Virus record (IMG/VR): IMGVR_UViG_3300020045_001314
Location: 1-49,674 of that record
Source: a virus
Taxonomy: Duplodnaviria; Caudoviricetes
DNA length: 49,674 bases
Strand: one strand, 5' to 3'
Shown: piece after piece, positions 1 through 8,626 of the stretch
Layout: each line of letters opens with the position of its first letter
How positions within the stretch are numbered: position 1 is the stretch's first letter
Notes under the pieces: generated by a model
Told to the model about the DNA's origin: nothing
Database searches by the model: none
What the model saw: only the letters and a program-made list of their open reading frames with translations
Translations under genes and position numbers: made by a program

Positions 1-121
1 GGTGTGATGTTGCGATAGATGTAACGAAGGAGTGGCTTCGCACTGCTGGCGCCTACTATGACGAGCTAATAATGCGCAAATCAGGAGACCATCGGCAAGA
101 CATCGAATTCAAAGAGGAGGA
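1..121. repeat. Terminal direct repeat (left copy); probable circular-assembly overlap
   Basis: 1-121 is identical to 49554-49674, and the repeat falls inside an ORF that reads continuously across the junction. Confidence 0.95.
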
Positions 122-257
122 GTTGCGCGAGATTGGTCTTGATAACATCCTGTGCTGCTTTGATGACCTTGAGCGCGTAGCAAAGCACATCCGCTCGCTT
201 GGTGTGACATGCCACCTAGTCACTCACTATGACGAGCCTGCACTGTCTGAAAAATAA
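1..257 (+). CDS. 3' part of HAD-family polynucleotide 3'-phosphatase (T4 PNK C-terminal-like), continued from 49337
   Basis: Same frame as the ORF starting at 49337; ...WLRTAGAYYDELIMRKSGDHRQDIEFK...CCFDD carries the late HAD motifs (LxMR, K, DD). Confidence 0.85.
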   Translation, partial: CDVAIDVTKEWLRTAGAYYDELIMRKSGDHRQDIEFKEEELREIGLDNILCCFDDLERVAKHIRSLGVTCHLVTHYDEPALSEK

Positions 258-258
258 T

Positions 259-287
259 TTGACACCGCCACGGATGGCTGTAATAGT
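259..287 (+). promoter_or_regulatory. Early-type sigma70-like promoter TTGACA-N17-AATAGT
   Basis: Consensus -35, the shared TGYAATAGT block, and a GGAGA RBS before ATG 316. Confidence 0.65.
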
Positions 288-315
288 TAGCGAAGGAAAA
301 CAACTGGAGATTAAT

Positions 316-582
316 ATGAAGCACCCGATGCAGCCGCTTTACTTTGATGATTATGGAACCATCAGGTTCAAAAAGAATGAAATTGTTGAGTTCCTTCTTG
401 ATAATGGCGAGTTCGACATGAATAAGCTGGCGCACATCGAATTTAGCGATGAAGACAGAGAGCAGTTCGCTCAGTTGATTGGTTACAGCGTTGGCGGATT
501 TGGCGAGTTAAGTTACGTATCTGATGATGCATACTATGCCGCAATGAATGCAGTGGATGGGATGGAGCGCGCAAATGGCTAA
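316..582 (+). CDS. Hypothetical phage protein (MKHPMQPLY...FAQLIGYSVGGFGELSYVSD)
   Basis: ORF with GGAGA RBS; start re-assigned to ATG 316. Confidence 0.75.
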   Translation: MKHPMQPLYFDDYGTIRFKKNEIVEFLLDNGEFDMNKLAHIEFSDEDREQFAQLIGYSVGGFGELSYVSDDAYYAAMNAVDGMERANG

Positions 583-793
583 ATACATTTTTAGGTGCAT
601 TGACAGCGACATTGTGGCGTGTCCTGTTGGGCATTACTGCGTCGGTCACGCCGACTTCTGTACGGATGAATACACCGCAGACATCAACAAAGCAACCATC
701 TATGACGACACAGTGAATGAGGATGTTATTGAGATTGAGAACATCATGGAGTGTTGCGCTGGCATGTTTCAGAAAATACAGGTTGGCGACTGA
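575..793 (+). CDS. Hypothetical protein
   Basis: Tightly packed ORF starting MAKYIFRC, overlapping the previous stop. Confidence 0.55.
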   Translation: MAKYIFRCIDSDIVACPVGHYCVGHADFCTDEYTADINKATIYDDTVNEDVIEIENIMECCAGMFQKIQVGD

Positions 794-985
794 ATGAGCG
801 CCATCACCGACCTTCTGCCATTCCGCACGCAACAAGGCGCTGAAGAATACCTGTCGGGACTTGGTTTTGTGTATGTAGAGTGCATGAATCAATGGATTGA
901 CGGAAACATTCATTGGGCAACAGTGCAGCAACTGCCATCTGGCAAGTGGCTTGTGAAAGTTGGCGTAACTACAGCACCATGTTAA
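794..985 (+). CDS. Hypothetical protein
   Basis: ATG immediately follows the previous stop. Confidence 0.55.
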   Translation: MSAITDLLPFRTQQGAEEYLSGLGFVYVECMNQWIDGNIHWATVQQLPSGKWLVKVGVTTAPC

Positions 986-1107
986 ACTGTGACCATCATC
1001 ACGCTTAACGAGGTGCAACATGGAAAATCAACGACAAAATGATGTCGCCGTAGCAATGTGGATGGCGATGCTGTTTAGGTAAATCACCAATAAGGATAAG
1101 CAAGCGA

Positions 1108-1392
1108 ATGAAAACAGAAACCGTAAAATCATTAATCAAGCAAGCTCTTGGATTGTTGTCTGTTTTGGCAAAAACTGGAGCTATAACCTACGCACTAAAC
1201 GTGCTTGTAGCGGCTGAATTTGGATTGAATCAGTTTAGCTTTCTTTATGTGTTCATTTTCCTGTTCGCCACAGACATGGTCACAGGCAGAGAGCATGATT
1301 ATCTGTATACCGATGACGATGAAAAGCGGAGTGAATACTTCGGCACCATCATATCTAGCGGACTGTTGTCGCTAGCGATTTACTTTTATTGA
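1108..1392 (+). CDS. Small membrane protein
   Basis: TAAGGA RBS; 2-3 hydrophobic segments. Confidence 0.65.
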   Translation: MKTETVKSLIKQALGLLSVLAKTGAITYALNVLVAAEFGLNQFSFLYVFIFLFATDMVTGREHDYLYTDDDEKRSEYFGTIISSGLLSLAIYFY

Positions 1393-1399
1393 GCAACAC

Positions 1400-1423
1400 A
1401 AGGCCGCATCAAGCGGCCTTTTT
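1400..1423. terminator. Intrinsic terminator between convergent genes
   Basis: AAGGCCGC-atcaa-GCGGCCTT followed by a T run. Confidence 0.7.
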
Positions 1424-2374
1424 CTTCTGCGTTGCCTCCCATCTTTCTTTTTGTGCCTCCATCTTGGTGAATATCTTTTTACTAAACGCCTCACCGCTAG
1501 CGTCAACGATAACAGGGGTCTGGGCGCAATGGCATCGGATCGCGTTCCCGTCCTTGCTGTAAAATTCAGCAACTTCCTCTCTCGTATATAATTTTCCGTG
1601 ACGTTCAGCGTGAGAAAATCTAGTCGTTGCGAGCAGCGCGCTAACCCACATCAGTTTGGTGACCAACCCAAGCGCTTGAGATGTGCGCATAGATTCATCC
1701 ATGACGGCAGACCGATACGCTACCCCTAATTCAGTTCGCGCAATTGTTGCTGCTCGGCTGGCGGCTTTCTTCTGTGTGCCTTCTGTGTCGACCAGGTAGC
1801 CTTTGAGTTTCCTAGCCGCCTCTCTCGGTGACTCCCCATTGGCTATCGTGTCGCCAAGTATGCGCCTTGTTGTTGCCGTCAGCTCATCCGTGAAGCCTTC
1901 CATGTCGTTAAACGTGCGGCTAGTAACAATGCCAATCCGGTTACGGTATTCTGGCGTCATCAGCACATAGGCGATGTCACTATAGGCGCGTGAGTAGATT
2001 TCAGACTGCACGCCAAGGCTTGCCCATGCGTATCCAGTGCCCTGCTGGTATGCCTGCGCAGTGTACTCCTCCATCCATACCTCATACTGGCCTTTTCGCT
2101 GCATCATGATGCGGTCTATTATTTCCGCGATGATGGCGTCCAGGTTATCAAGCCGCCCACGGTCTAGCTCGTAGTAGTAAAACGTGTCACGGTTGAGAAT
2201 GTATGACCGCGCACCATTGAGCGCAATCTCTCGCGGCTTCAGTTGCGATATAACGCGCTCGTTAATCTCGGTATAGATAGCCTTTAGCCTGCGCCGGAAG
2301 TCAGCATATGCGCGTTTTTCGCGGCCTGCTTGCTGCGTCGGGTCGATGATGCTTGGTACTGGGAATGCCGCCAT
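1409..2374 (-). CDS. Head morphogenesis / minor capsid protein (SPP1 gp7 / Mu gpF family)
   Basis: RAATIARTE, W-x-S...TTRFSHAERHG and NAIRCHCAQ motifs typical of the family. Confidence 0.85.
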   Translation of the reverse strand: MAAFPVPSIIDPTQQAGREKRAYADFRRRLKAIYTEINERVISQLKPREIALNGARSYILNRDTFYYYELDRGRLDNLDAIIAEIIDRIMMQRKGQYEVWMEEYTAQAYQQGTGYAWASLGVQSEIYSRAYSDIAYVLMTPEYRNRIGIVTSRTFNDMEGFTDELTATTRRILGDTIANGESPREAARKLKGYLVDTEGTQKKAASRAATIARTELGVAYRSAVMDESMRTSQALGLVTKLMWVSALLATTRFSHAERHGKLYTREEVAEFYSKDGNAIRCHCAQTPVIVDASGEAFSKKIFTKMEAQKERWEATQKKKAA

Positions 2375-2404
2375 GTGGTGCCTGCGAAATATTTTGCGAT
2401 TGAG

Positions 2405-2445
2405 TGATTATAGCACTTGACCAGAGCTTAGATGAGTGCAATAGT
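2405..2445. promoter_or_regulatory. Back-to-back promoter pair: minus GTGCTATAATCA (2405-2416) and plus TTGACC-N17-AATAGT (2417-2445)
   Basis: Located between divergent genes; both motifs recur elsewhere in the genome. Confidence 0.65.
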
Positions 2446-2470
2446 TTAACAACAAACAAGCAGTGAGGGT

Positions 2471-2701
2471 GTGAGGATGATTAGTAAAAATGTTCTATGC
2501 GTTGTGATTGATAAGGCGACAAAGAATGAGATCCACTCGTTTGAGTTCTCAATTGATGTAAACCCAGTAAGGATAAAATCAGGGTGGGGAATGGATGATG
2601 TAATGTTTCGCGCCGTTGATATGTTTAGAGAGCTGCAAAAATATCAGAAATCACTTCGCAATCAAAAAAATTGGTATGTTGACTGCTGCTTTCTTGATTG
2701 A
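2471..2701 (+). CDS. Hypothetical protein
   Basis: ORF after promoter with GAGG RBS. Confidence 0.6.
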   Translation: MRMISKNVLCVVIDKATKNEIHSFEFSIDVNPVRIKSGWGMDDVMFRAVDMFRELQKYQKSLRNQKNWYVDCCFLD

Positions 2702-2726
2702 CTGACAGTGGTTAATCTGCAATAGT
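2698..2726 (+). promoter_or_regulatory. Early-type promoter TTGACT-N17-AATAGT
   Basis: Matches the recurring motif; followed by a leader hairpin and GGAGA RBS. Confidence 0.65.
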
Positions 2727-2761
2727 TTAGCAAGTGGCGCATGGTGCGCAGATACGGAGAG

Positions 2762-2989
2762 ATGAAGATGGCAACACTAAACAAGCAGGCGACATACTTT
2801 AAGCAGGTTGCTGATGTTATTGGAGAAGAACAGGCCGAGATTGAGTTGCAGAAGGTAATTGATTATGGAATTGGGTTTGACGACGAAGAAGATGTGAGCA
2901 TTACATCTGCATTTATCTTTCACGAGTCACCGCAAGGGTTTACTTTCTGGTCTGAAATATCTGACGAAGTCGAGGGCCTTGATTGGTGA
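2762..2989 (+). CDS. Hypothetical acidic protein (AFIFHESPQGFTFW)
   Basis: GGAGA RBS; the F-x-F/W-x-x-S/T-PQG-x-x-F/YW motif is common in small phage proteins. Confidence 0.7.
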   Translation: MKMATLNKQATYFKQVADVIGEEQAEIELQKVIDYGIGFDDEEDVSITSAFIFHESPQGFTFWSEISDEVEGLDW

Positions 2990-3416
2990 CCGTAACCAAC
3001 CCCGTAATCACCGAAGTAGTCGCCAACACATGCCTATCATGGCCCGAGGCTGTTGCTTGGTGTGACGCTAATTTGCTCCCAGCATGGCGCACTGGATTGC
3101 CTGTTGTTGCTGGGATTGTTCAAGTTGAAGATGGAGAGAGTGAAGAATGAGCAATAAAACAATTGAAACGTTGTCAGCATCAAGCTATGACACCGACAAG
3201 CAAGATATTTATCGCCTGCATGAATATAATTCATGCCATGGCTGGTCGATGCGCCGTTGCAAATGTTGATGGCTGGAAGCTGGCAGAAACTTGCACAATG
3301 TCACACTATGTCAGAACGACATGGACAAATGGCATTGTTGACGTAACAGCAGAGAGCTGTCCGGATAACGGCGACCACTGGTACACAATGAAGCAATGCG
3401 CAAAGGAGAGTGAAGA

Positions 3417-3695
3417 ATGAAGATACAAATTGAGAAAATAAGCGAGATATGTAGGGATGCAGAATCTGAGCTTGATTCAAAAACAGGATTCAACAGCATT
3501 GCGAGCTTCGAATCAACCATTGGCATCGACAACAATGCGCTTATTTTAAATGGAAGATATGGAAAATTTGCCGTTCAGCGGATGCTAAATCTTAGGCTGC
3601 TAAAGTCGGCATATTTGCCATATGAGTGCATAAGCGATTGCGCATATACGATGGTTGAGCAGCTTTATGTCTATGTAATGGAGGAAAACAAATGA
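3417..3695 (+). CDS. Hypothetical protein
   Basis: ATGA overlap with upstream ORF; GGAG RBS. Confidence 0.6.
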   Translation: MKIQIEKISEICRDAESELDSKTGFNSIASFESTIGIDNNALILNGRYGKFAVQRMLNLRLLKSAYLPYECISDCAYTMVEQLYVYVMEENK

Positions 3696-3857
3696 CAGAA
3701 CAAAACATTCGCAATGCGTTTGAGTTATTCGCAAGGAATGAAATGGCATGCAAAGACCTTGCTCGCCGAGATGATGGATACATGTCGCCGTTTGTTGATG
3801 GGCTGTGGATTTCATTCAAAGCTGGCTACATCGCCGCATTTAAAGTGATTCTGGAGA

Positions 3858-4262
3858 GTGAAAATGACTAACGAAAAGATTCGAGATGGGTTTAAGGAGT
3901 GGTTCTTTGGTTTTTATGGGAGGTCAGTCTTTTTTGATGCAGATGGAGACCCATTTATTTCGGACTATGGTAGAAATGGATTTCACGATTGGCAATTAAG
4001 GGCTATGACAGCTTGGTTCTCATGGAAAGCCGCACACAAAGCAGCTGCACCGGTTGATGTTGAAGTTCCAGAATTCCCTGAGCTTGAAACAATTGCCGAC
4101 CTTGATTACGCACACAAAATGCCAAAAAATGGATGGGATGAAGACCAGTTTTCTATATGGCAAAAACTGCAAGTTGCACAGCGCAATAAAATGCAGTTAT
4201 TTACATACGCCAAGAAACTAAAATCAATCATTGAGTCAGTGAAGGTCGTGCAAATCAAATGA
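3858..4262 (+). CDS. Hypothetical protein
   Basis: GGAGA RBS; 134-aa ORF. Confidence 0.65.
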   Translation: MKMTNEKIRDGFKEWFFGFYGRSVFFDADGDPFISDYGRNGFHDWQLRAMTAWFSWKAAHKAAAPVDVEVPEFPELETIADLDYAHKMPKNGWDEDQFSIWQKLQVAQRNKMQLFTYAKKLKSIIESVKVVQIK

Positions 4263-4392
4263 CCACATTCCCATCCGCCAAAGCACGTCGCCGTGACGAT
4301 GCAGCACAAAGTAAAATCAAGAAGCGCGAAAACACTAGACGCGCACTGGAAACAATGAGAGAGTTTAATGAATTGATGCGGAGGATTGAGCT

Positions 4393-4776
4393 GTGAAGAA
4401 CTATGCAGAGATGAGTGATTTTGATGTTAATTGCGCCGTTGCTGTAGCTTCAGGTCTTGATGTTCAATATCAATCTATGAGAAATGATGGGCGCGTTCTA
4501 GTAGTTGTTAAGCTTGAGCGCGGAGTCGAGCACTACTACAGAATTCCGAACTACTGCAACAACTGGGCGGATGCTGGGCCTGTTATTTATAACAATGAGA
4601 TAAGTGTCATAAAATGCACAAACTACGCAGATGATTGGTGCGCAGAAAAGATCACAGACATTTCTGATGATGACTTTAATATGTTTCACTGCCAGTCTTC
4701 ATTCAGTTTCAACGACAAAAACCCACTACGCGCCGCAATGATTGTGTTTTTGATGATGAAGGATGCAGAGAAATGA
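4393..4776 (+). CDS. NinX-like (DUF2591) phage protein
   Basis: MSDFDVNCAVA, PNYCNNWADAGPVI and NPLRAAMIVFL motifs. Confidence 0.75.
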   Translation: MKNYAEMSDFDVNCAVAVASGLDVQYQSMRNDGRVLVVVKLERGVEHYYRIPNYCNNWADAGPVIYNNEISVIKCTNYADDWCAEKITDISDDDFNMFHCQSSFSFNDKNPLRAAMIVFLMMKDAEK

Positions 4777-4961
4777 GCAGACAGAGTGGGTATTACTGGG
4801 TTAAGCATGAAGGAGTTTGGGATATTGCATTTTATCTTTAGCTGTTTAAAGGTAGAATGTTTTGGATGTTTTGCGGGTCTGAAGATGATTATTCAGACTC
4901 AGACATGGACGAAATCAACGAAACGCGCATTCTTGCGCCTGATGAGGTGAGCGATGTTTGA
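4773..4961 (+). pseudogene. Small phage gene interrupted by an in-frame TAG at 4839-4841
   Basis: MSRQSGYYWVKHEGVWDIAFYL*LFKGRMFWMFCGSEDDYSDSDMDEINETRILAPDEVSDV; overlaps neighbouring genes at both ends. Confidence 0.55.
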
Positions 4962-5130
4962 ATACAAAAAGGCCGGAGACATGGTAATCGCCACAGGTGA
5001 AAACTTCGAGTTTCACAAGGCTGGCGACTTGTATAAATTCAAATTCAATGGCAAGGTTACATCAAGGCGACTTGTCAGATGCGCCATAAAGGAAATCGAC
5101 AAGGCCATTAACGGGAAGATAGGTGAGTAA
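4954..5130 (+). CDS. Hypothetical 58-aa protein
   Basis: GAGGTG RBS; translated manually (MFEYKKAGDMVIATGENFEF...). Confidence 0.55.
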   Translation: MFEYKKAGDMVIATGENFEFHKAGDLYKFKFNGKVTSRRLVRCAIKEIDKAINGKIGE

Positions 5131-5301
5131 TGATAAAATTATTAACTATGCTAACTGCCAGCTGCGCTGTATACGCGTTTACGCTTCTGTGCTTTGACGG
5201 TCATGCCTTTGCATGGTATCACGCCATGGCGTTCTACATGATAGGCTTGACAACTGCAATTGCACTGTGGCGGATAATGTTTCCATGGCCGCCTAAAAAA
5301 T

Positions 5302-5321
5302 AAGCCCCTTCGCGGGGCTTT
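5302..5321. terminator. Bidirectional intrinsic terminator
   Basis: AAGCCCC-ttcgc-GGGGCTT between convergent genes. Confidence 0.8.
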
Positions 5322-5323
5322 CT

Positions 5324-6724
5324 TCATTCTACCACTGGCTGAACTTCTGACTCAGGCGGAGGCAATGGTTCCAATCCTCCATCATCAGGCTCTGGCTCGC
5401 TACCGCCAGCTACGCGCACCTCTTGAGTGGTAAAGTAGTTTTCTCCGCGGGTTTCACTCAGCTTGTTAACCTCAGCCATCAGTTTGGCGTTTGCTAGTTT
5501 CTCGCCAAGTGACGGCTCTAGCAGGTCATCCCATACGGGCGTAATCTCGGCGCCCTTAAAGCAACCAAGCTCGCCAAGGTGAGCAAAGAAATCCTCAATG
5601 TCGTTGTTGATGACATTCACACGCCGACTGGTTGCCAGCTGCGCCATTACATCACCATTCTCTGAGCTTGCGCGTTCGCCGGTCATGTGGCCGACAAGCT
5701 CAGTGGCAGGGAATCCACCTAGCGACGCGCAAGCCTCTTGCAATGCGCAGTCGAAGAATTCCTTGGGGTTTGGCATGGAGACAGACAGCGGATTTACAGC
5801 CACATCTTGCGTGACCATGAATGCGTCAAACTGGCTATTTAGGTCTTTGCCGATAACTTGGAATGCCTCGCCAAGTTCCTCTACTTTCACGCCCATCATT
5901 TTTGCAACGTCAGATAGTTTTGCATCTTTGCTAAAGTTTGCTTGCAGTTGACGACTTGCATTCTTAAAGAAACCCTCGCCTCCAGATTGCACAATCTTCT
6001 CGATTGCCTGGAATGCGTTATAACCGCGAGCTAGCAGGTTATTCCCAAACTCTGAGCATGATCCATCGGCGAAGATGTCACCGAAGTAAACAACCCGAGT
6101 CCAGTGGATTGCGACTGGCTTGCTGGCTGCCTGGTTCTTGGTGTCGTCATAGTTTACCAACTCTTGATATGACCATGAATTAGGCTCGCCATAGCGCGGA
6201 CTGGTGCGGTCTTGCTCAATGTCAGCCGTAGTAAGCTGGTCCTCCCATGGTGTGTAGTATCCGACAACCTGGTCAGGCCGCAGGTGCTCCACTGGCTCGC
6301 TCCAGTCCTTTCCGTCTGCAATTTGCAGGATGATGGCAGAGTAATTGCCGACCATGCGCTTGGTGTCCATGGCTCGAAACGCTCGCCACAGCTTAGACCG
6401 CTTGGCAAACTTCTTTAGGTCTTTCTCGAGTTGGCTGGCGTCCTTGTTTTTGTCTTCTTCCTCGCCTTCAATCAAGTCAGGGTATGACTCCCAGGTTTTA
6501 GCTGCCAGCTTATCAATTGCCCCACCTGCTACGCCGTTGCGGTCATACAGGTTCTTCTTGTGCTGGAATTCCAGGTTGGTAGGCAGCCCAAAAACGCGAT
6601 ATAAGCTGCCGTGCTTACTATTCGAGCCCATCACCTGGCTAAGTGCCGTCATGCGCATGCGCTCAAGCGTTGACTGGCACTGGTTAACGAGCAGTTTCGC
6701 TCGTTCGTTCGTCATTAGTTCCAT
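5324..6724 (-). CDS. Portal protein (DUF1073-type)
   Basis: 466 aa; SPRYGEP..W and IHWTRVV motifs; next minus-strand gene after TerL. Confidence 0.85.
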   Translation of the reverse strand: MELMTNERAKLLVNQCQSTLERMRMTALSQVMGSNSKHGSLYRVFGLPTNLEFQHKKNLYDRNGVAGGAIDKLAAKTWESYPDLIEGEEEDKNKDASQLEKDLKKFAKRSKLWRAFRAMDTKRMVGNYSAIILQIADGKDWSEPVEHLRPDQVVGYYTPWEDQLTTADIEQDRTSPRYGEPNSWSYQELVNYDDTKNQAASKPVAIHWTRVVYFGDIFADGSCSEFGNNLLARGYNAFQAIEKIVQSGGEGFFKNASRQLQANFSKDAKLSDVAKMMGVKVEELGEAFQVIGKDLNSQFDAFMVTQDVAVNPLSVSMPNPKEFFDCALQEACASLGGFPATELVGHMTGERASSENGDVMAQLATSRRVNVINNDIEDFFAHLGELGCFKGAEITPVWDDLLEPSLGEKLANAKLMAEVNKLSETRGENYFTTQEVRVAGGSEPEPDDGGLEPLPPPESEVQPVVE

Positions 6725-6750
6725 GATTTAACCCTATGGTTACGATTTGC

Positions 6751-6799
6751 CGATTTTATCACGATTGGGCTTGCTGATGGGCGAGCGGTGTGCAATAGT
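6751..6799. promoter_or_regulatory. Back-to-back promoter pair: minus GTGATAAAATCG (6751-6762) and plus TTGCTG-N17-AATAGT (6771-6799)
   Basis: Divergent intergenic region; layout nearly identical to 34866-34923. Confidence 0.65.
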
Positions 6800-6812
6800 A
6801 ACGGCATGGTGA

Positions 6813-7001
6813 GTGATGGAGTTAAACGTGATTTATTGTCAGGGTGTTGAATGTGAATCCAAGCTTGGTAAGTTGATGCAGGCTTTCCGATGTGATAGAC
6901 CAAGCGAGTGGCAGATGGATGAGTTCATTGGCATGGCTGAAGACATGCACAAGGAAATCGCCAAGTTAAAGAAACAGATTGAAATTGGAGCGCAAGAATG
7001 A
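6813..7001 (+). CDS. Hypothetical protein
   Basis: First ORF of a plus-strand cassette; ATGA-coupled to the next gene. Confidence 0.55.
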   Translation: MMELNVIYCQGVECESKLGKLMQAFRCDRPSEWQMDEFIGMAEDMHKEIAKLKKQIEIGAQE

Positions 7002-7177
7002 ACGAAAACGAATTCGAGCTTGATGGTAAGGTTTATGTGGCGAATCACGAAGAAGGACTTTCATGCTCATCATGTGTATTTTTAGAGTATCCATGCTATT
7101 CATGGAAGGTTCCGCCGTGCTCAGGCGCTGATAGGTTTGACGGTAAAACAGTCATCTTCATGGAGAAACCCCAATGA
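6998..7177 (+). CDS. 59-aa Cys-rich protein, paralogue of 45448-45630
   Basis: MNENEFELDGKVYVA...CSSCVF...C...C...VIFMEKPQ; GGAG RBS; ATGA overlaps at both ends. Confidence 0.7.
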   Translation: MNENEFELDGKVYVANHEEGLSCSSCVFLEYPCYSWKVPPCSGADRFDGKTVIFMEKPQ

Positions 7178-7377
7178 CGCACTGCCATATTTCAACCCAA
7201 TGCGACAGGCACGCGGAAGATGAAGAGCGCAAGCGGGCGCTTGAGGATGAGATTGAGCGGGTGGCTGATGATTTAATGTGGAAGCTACCAAGCTGGGTAA
7301 TAACGGATGAAACATACATACTTGCTCGAAATGAAGCTGAACGAGTAGTTAAACTGAAAATGAGAGGAATAGAATGA
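7174..7377 (+). CDS. Hypothetical protein
   Basis: ATGA-coupled; GGAG RBS. Confidence 0.6.
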   Translation: MTHCHISTQCDRHAEDEERKRALEDEIERVADDLMWKLPSWVITDETYILARNEAERVVKLKMRGIE

Positions 7378-7474
7378 AACTATCATACGCTGGAAAGTTT
7401 TGGTTGTTTTTTGGGTTGCCTGGTTGTGTTGCGTTTTGGGCTGTTGTTGGGATGCTGATTGCGTGGTGCTTGGC

Positions 7475-7744
7475 ATGAGTATCATCATCGGCATGAGAAT
7501 ATCTAACCGCAAGGATGAGGCGATACACCGAGGGCATTCGAGATACATTGGCAATCAATGCGAAGTATGCGGCTCTCCAGTTAGATACACAAGCAACAGT
7601 AATTGCATAAATTGCACAAGAAACAGAGGAAGAAAGAAGGCTGGTACACTCAATACAAACCTCGACCCACTAAAAACAAAGCAACGCATAGAGGCTAGGC
7701 TGGAAGAGTTGGCGCTGATGCGTGAGATTGAGTGCTTATCGTAA
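7475..7744 (+). CDS. Small Zn-finger-like protein
   Basis: CEVC...RYTSNSNCINC; start assigned at the ATGA overlap. Confidence 0.6.
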   Translation: MSIIIGMRISNRKDEAIHRGHSRYIGNQCEVCGSPVRYTSNSNCINCTRNRGRKKAGTLNTNLDPLKTKQRIEARLEELALMREIECLS

Positions 7745-7771
7745 CGATTAAAAACATTCATCGATAAACCA

Positions 7772-7800
7772 TTGCACCATGCAGATATGTGTAATAGCAT
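7772..7800 (+). promoter_or_regulatory. Early-type promoter TTGCAC-N17-TAGCAT
   Basis: 17-bp spacing, TGTAATAG block, AGGAGA RBS downstream. Confidence 0.55.
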
Positions 7801-7844
7801 TATCTCAACTGTTACGCGCGGGGCGGCACAGCAGGAGAAACAAA

Positions 7845-8600
7845 ATGGCAACACCGAAAAAGAAACACCTCATCGAACTGATGATTGAAGCTGGCGTTAA
7901 GTGGCCTGATGGCGCGGAGTATGCGGCGCAGGATAAATTTAATTTCTGCGTTAATTTCTACGGCGCAGAAAGCAAGCCTAATTATCGCACTGGAGGAGAC
8001 TCGTGGTGCGATGATAATGAGTCTTGGCTTGGTAGTGCGTATGGAGTTATCTTGCCATCGCTCTGCCGCAACTGGCATCAAACAATCGTAACGCGTGAGC
8101 AGTACGAAGAGGCGCTTGCTGATGCCGAGACGTGGAATGCATGGATTGATACATCGCACCCTGAAGAAAAACCAAACCAAACGCGAGAAAGCGAGAGTTA
8201 TCCTGCTGTTGCTCATGCTGGATGCTTTTCTTGGAATGACGCTACATCAATCGAACAACCAACCTCCGAATATCACGCCAAAGCCGCAGAAGCACAGCGC
8301 CTACAAGCTGTCGCAGATGAGGCGCTAAATGAAGCCGATGACGCGCTGATTGCGCTTGAAAAGGCTGGTGAGGCGATTGGGTTGATTATTTCTGTTGGTG
8401 CGAAGGCTGAGAAGATAGCGCCTACAGCAGCGTGGAAAGTTGGAGATGAGTGCGTAGTAACTGAATCTCCAGATGATAGCGACTGGGTCGGCAGACAATG
8501 CAAGATATCAAAAATTGACGAGAGTGATGATCAGTTAAAGTATCGAGTCATTGACTATGACACGGCGGAGTTTTGGGTTAAAAGCATTAAGATGCCATAG
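7845..8600 (+). CDS. Hypothetical multi-domain phage protein (WPDGAEYAAQD N-terminus, coiled coil, SH3-like C-terminus)
   Basis: AGGAGA RBS; terminator directly after the stop. Confidence 0.75.
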   Translation: MATPKKKHLIELMIEAGVKWPDGAEYAAQDKFNFCVNFYGAESKPNYRTGGDSWCDDNESWLGSAYGVILPSLCRNWHQTIVTREQYEEALADAETWNAWIDTSHPEEKPNQTRESESYPAVAHAGCFSWNDATSIEQPTSEYHAKAAEAQRLQAVADEALNEADDALIALEKAGEAIGLIISVGAKAEKIAPTAAWKVGDECVVTESPDDSDWVGRQCKISKIDESDDQLKYRVIDYDTAEFWVKSIKMP

Positions 8601-8601
8601 C

Positions 8602-8624
8602 AAAAGGCCCATTACGGGCCTTTT
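8602..8624. terminator. Bidirectional intrinsic terminator
   Basis: AAAAGGCCC-attac-GGGCCTTTT. Confidence 0.85.
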
Positions 8625-8626
8625 CT

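Noticed and set aside
1-121. 121-bp terminal repeat as biological phage termini
   Set aside because: It lies mid-gene in the HAD phosphatase and is most simply an assembler overlap of a circularly permuted genome; read-end analysis would be needed
4839-4841. Genome-wide TAG reassignment
   Set aside because: TAG ends several clear genes directly before terminators, coding density is high under the standard code, and no suppressor tRNA was seen
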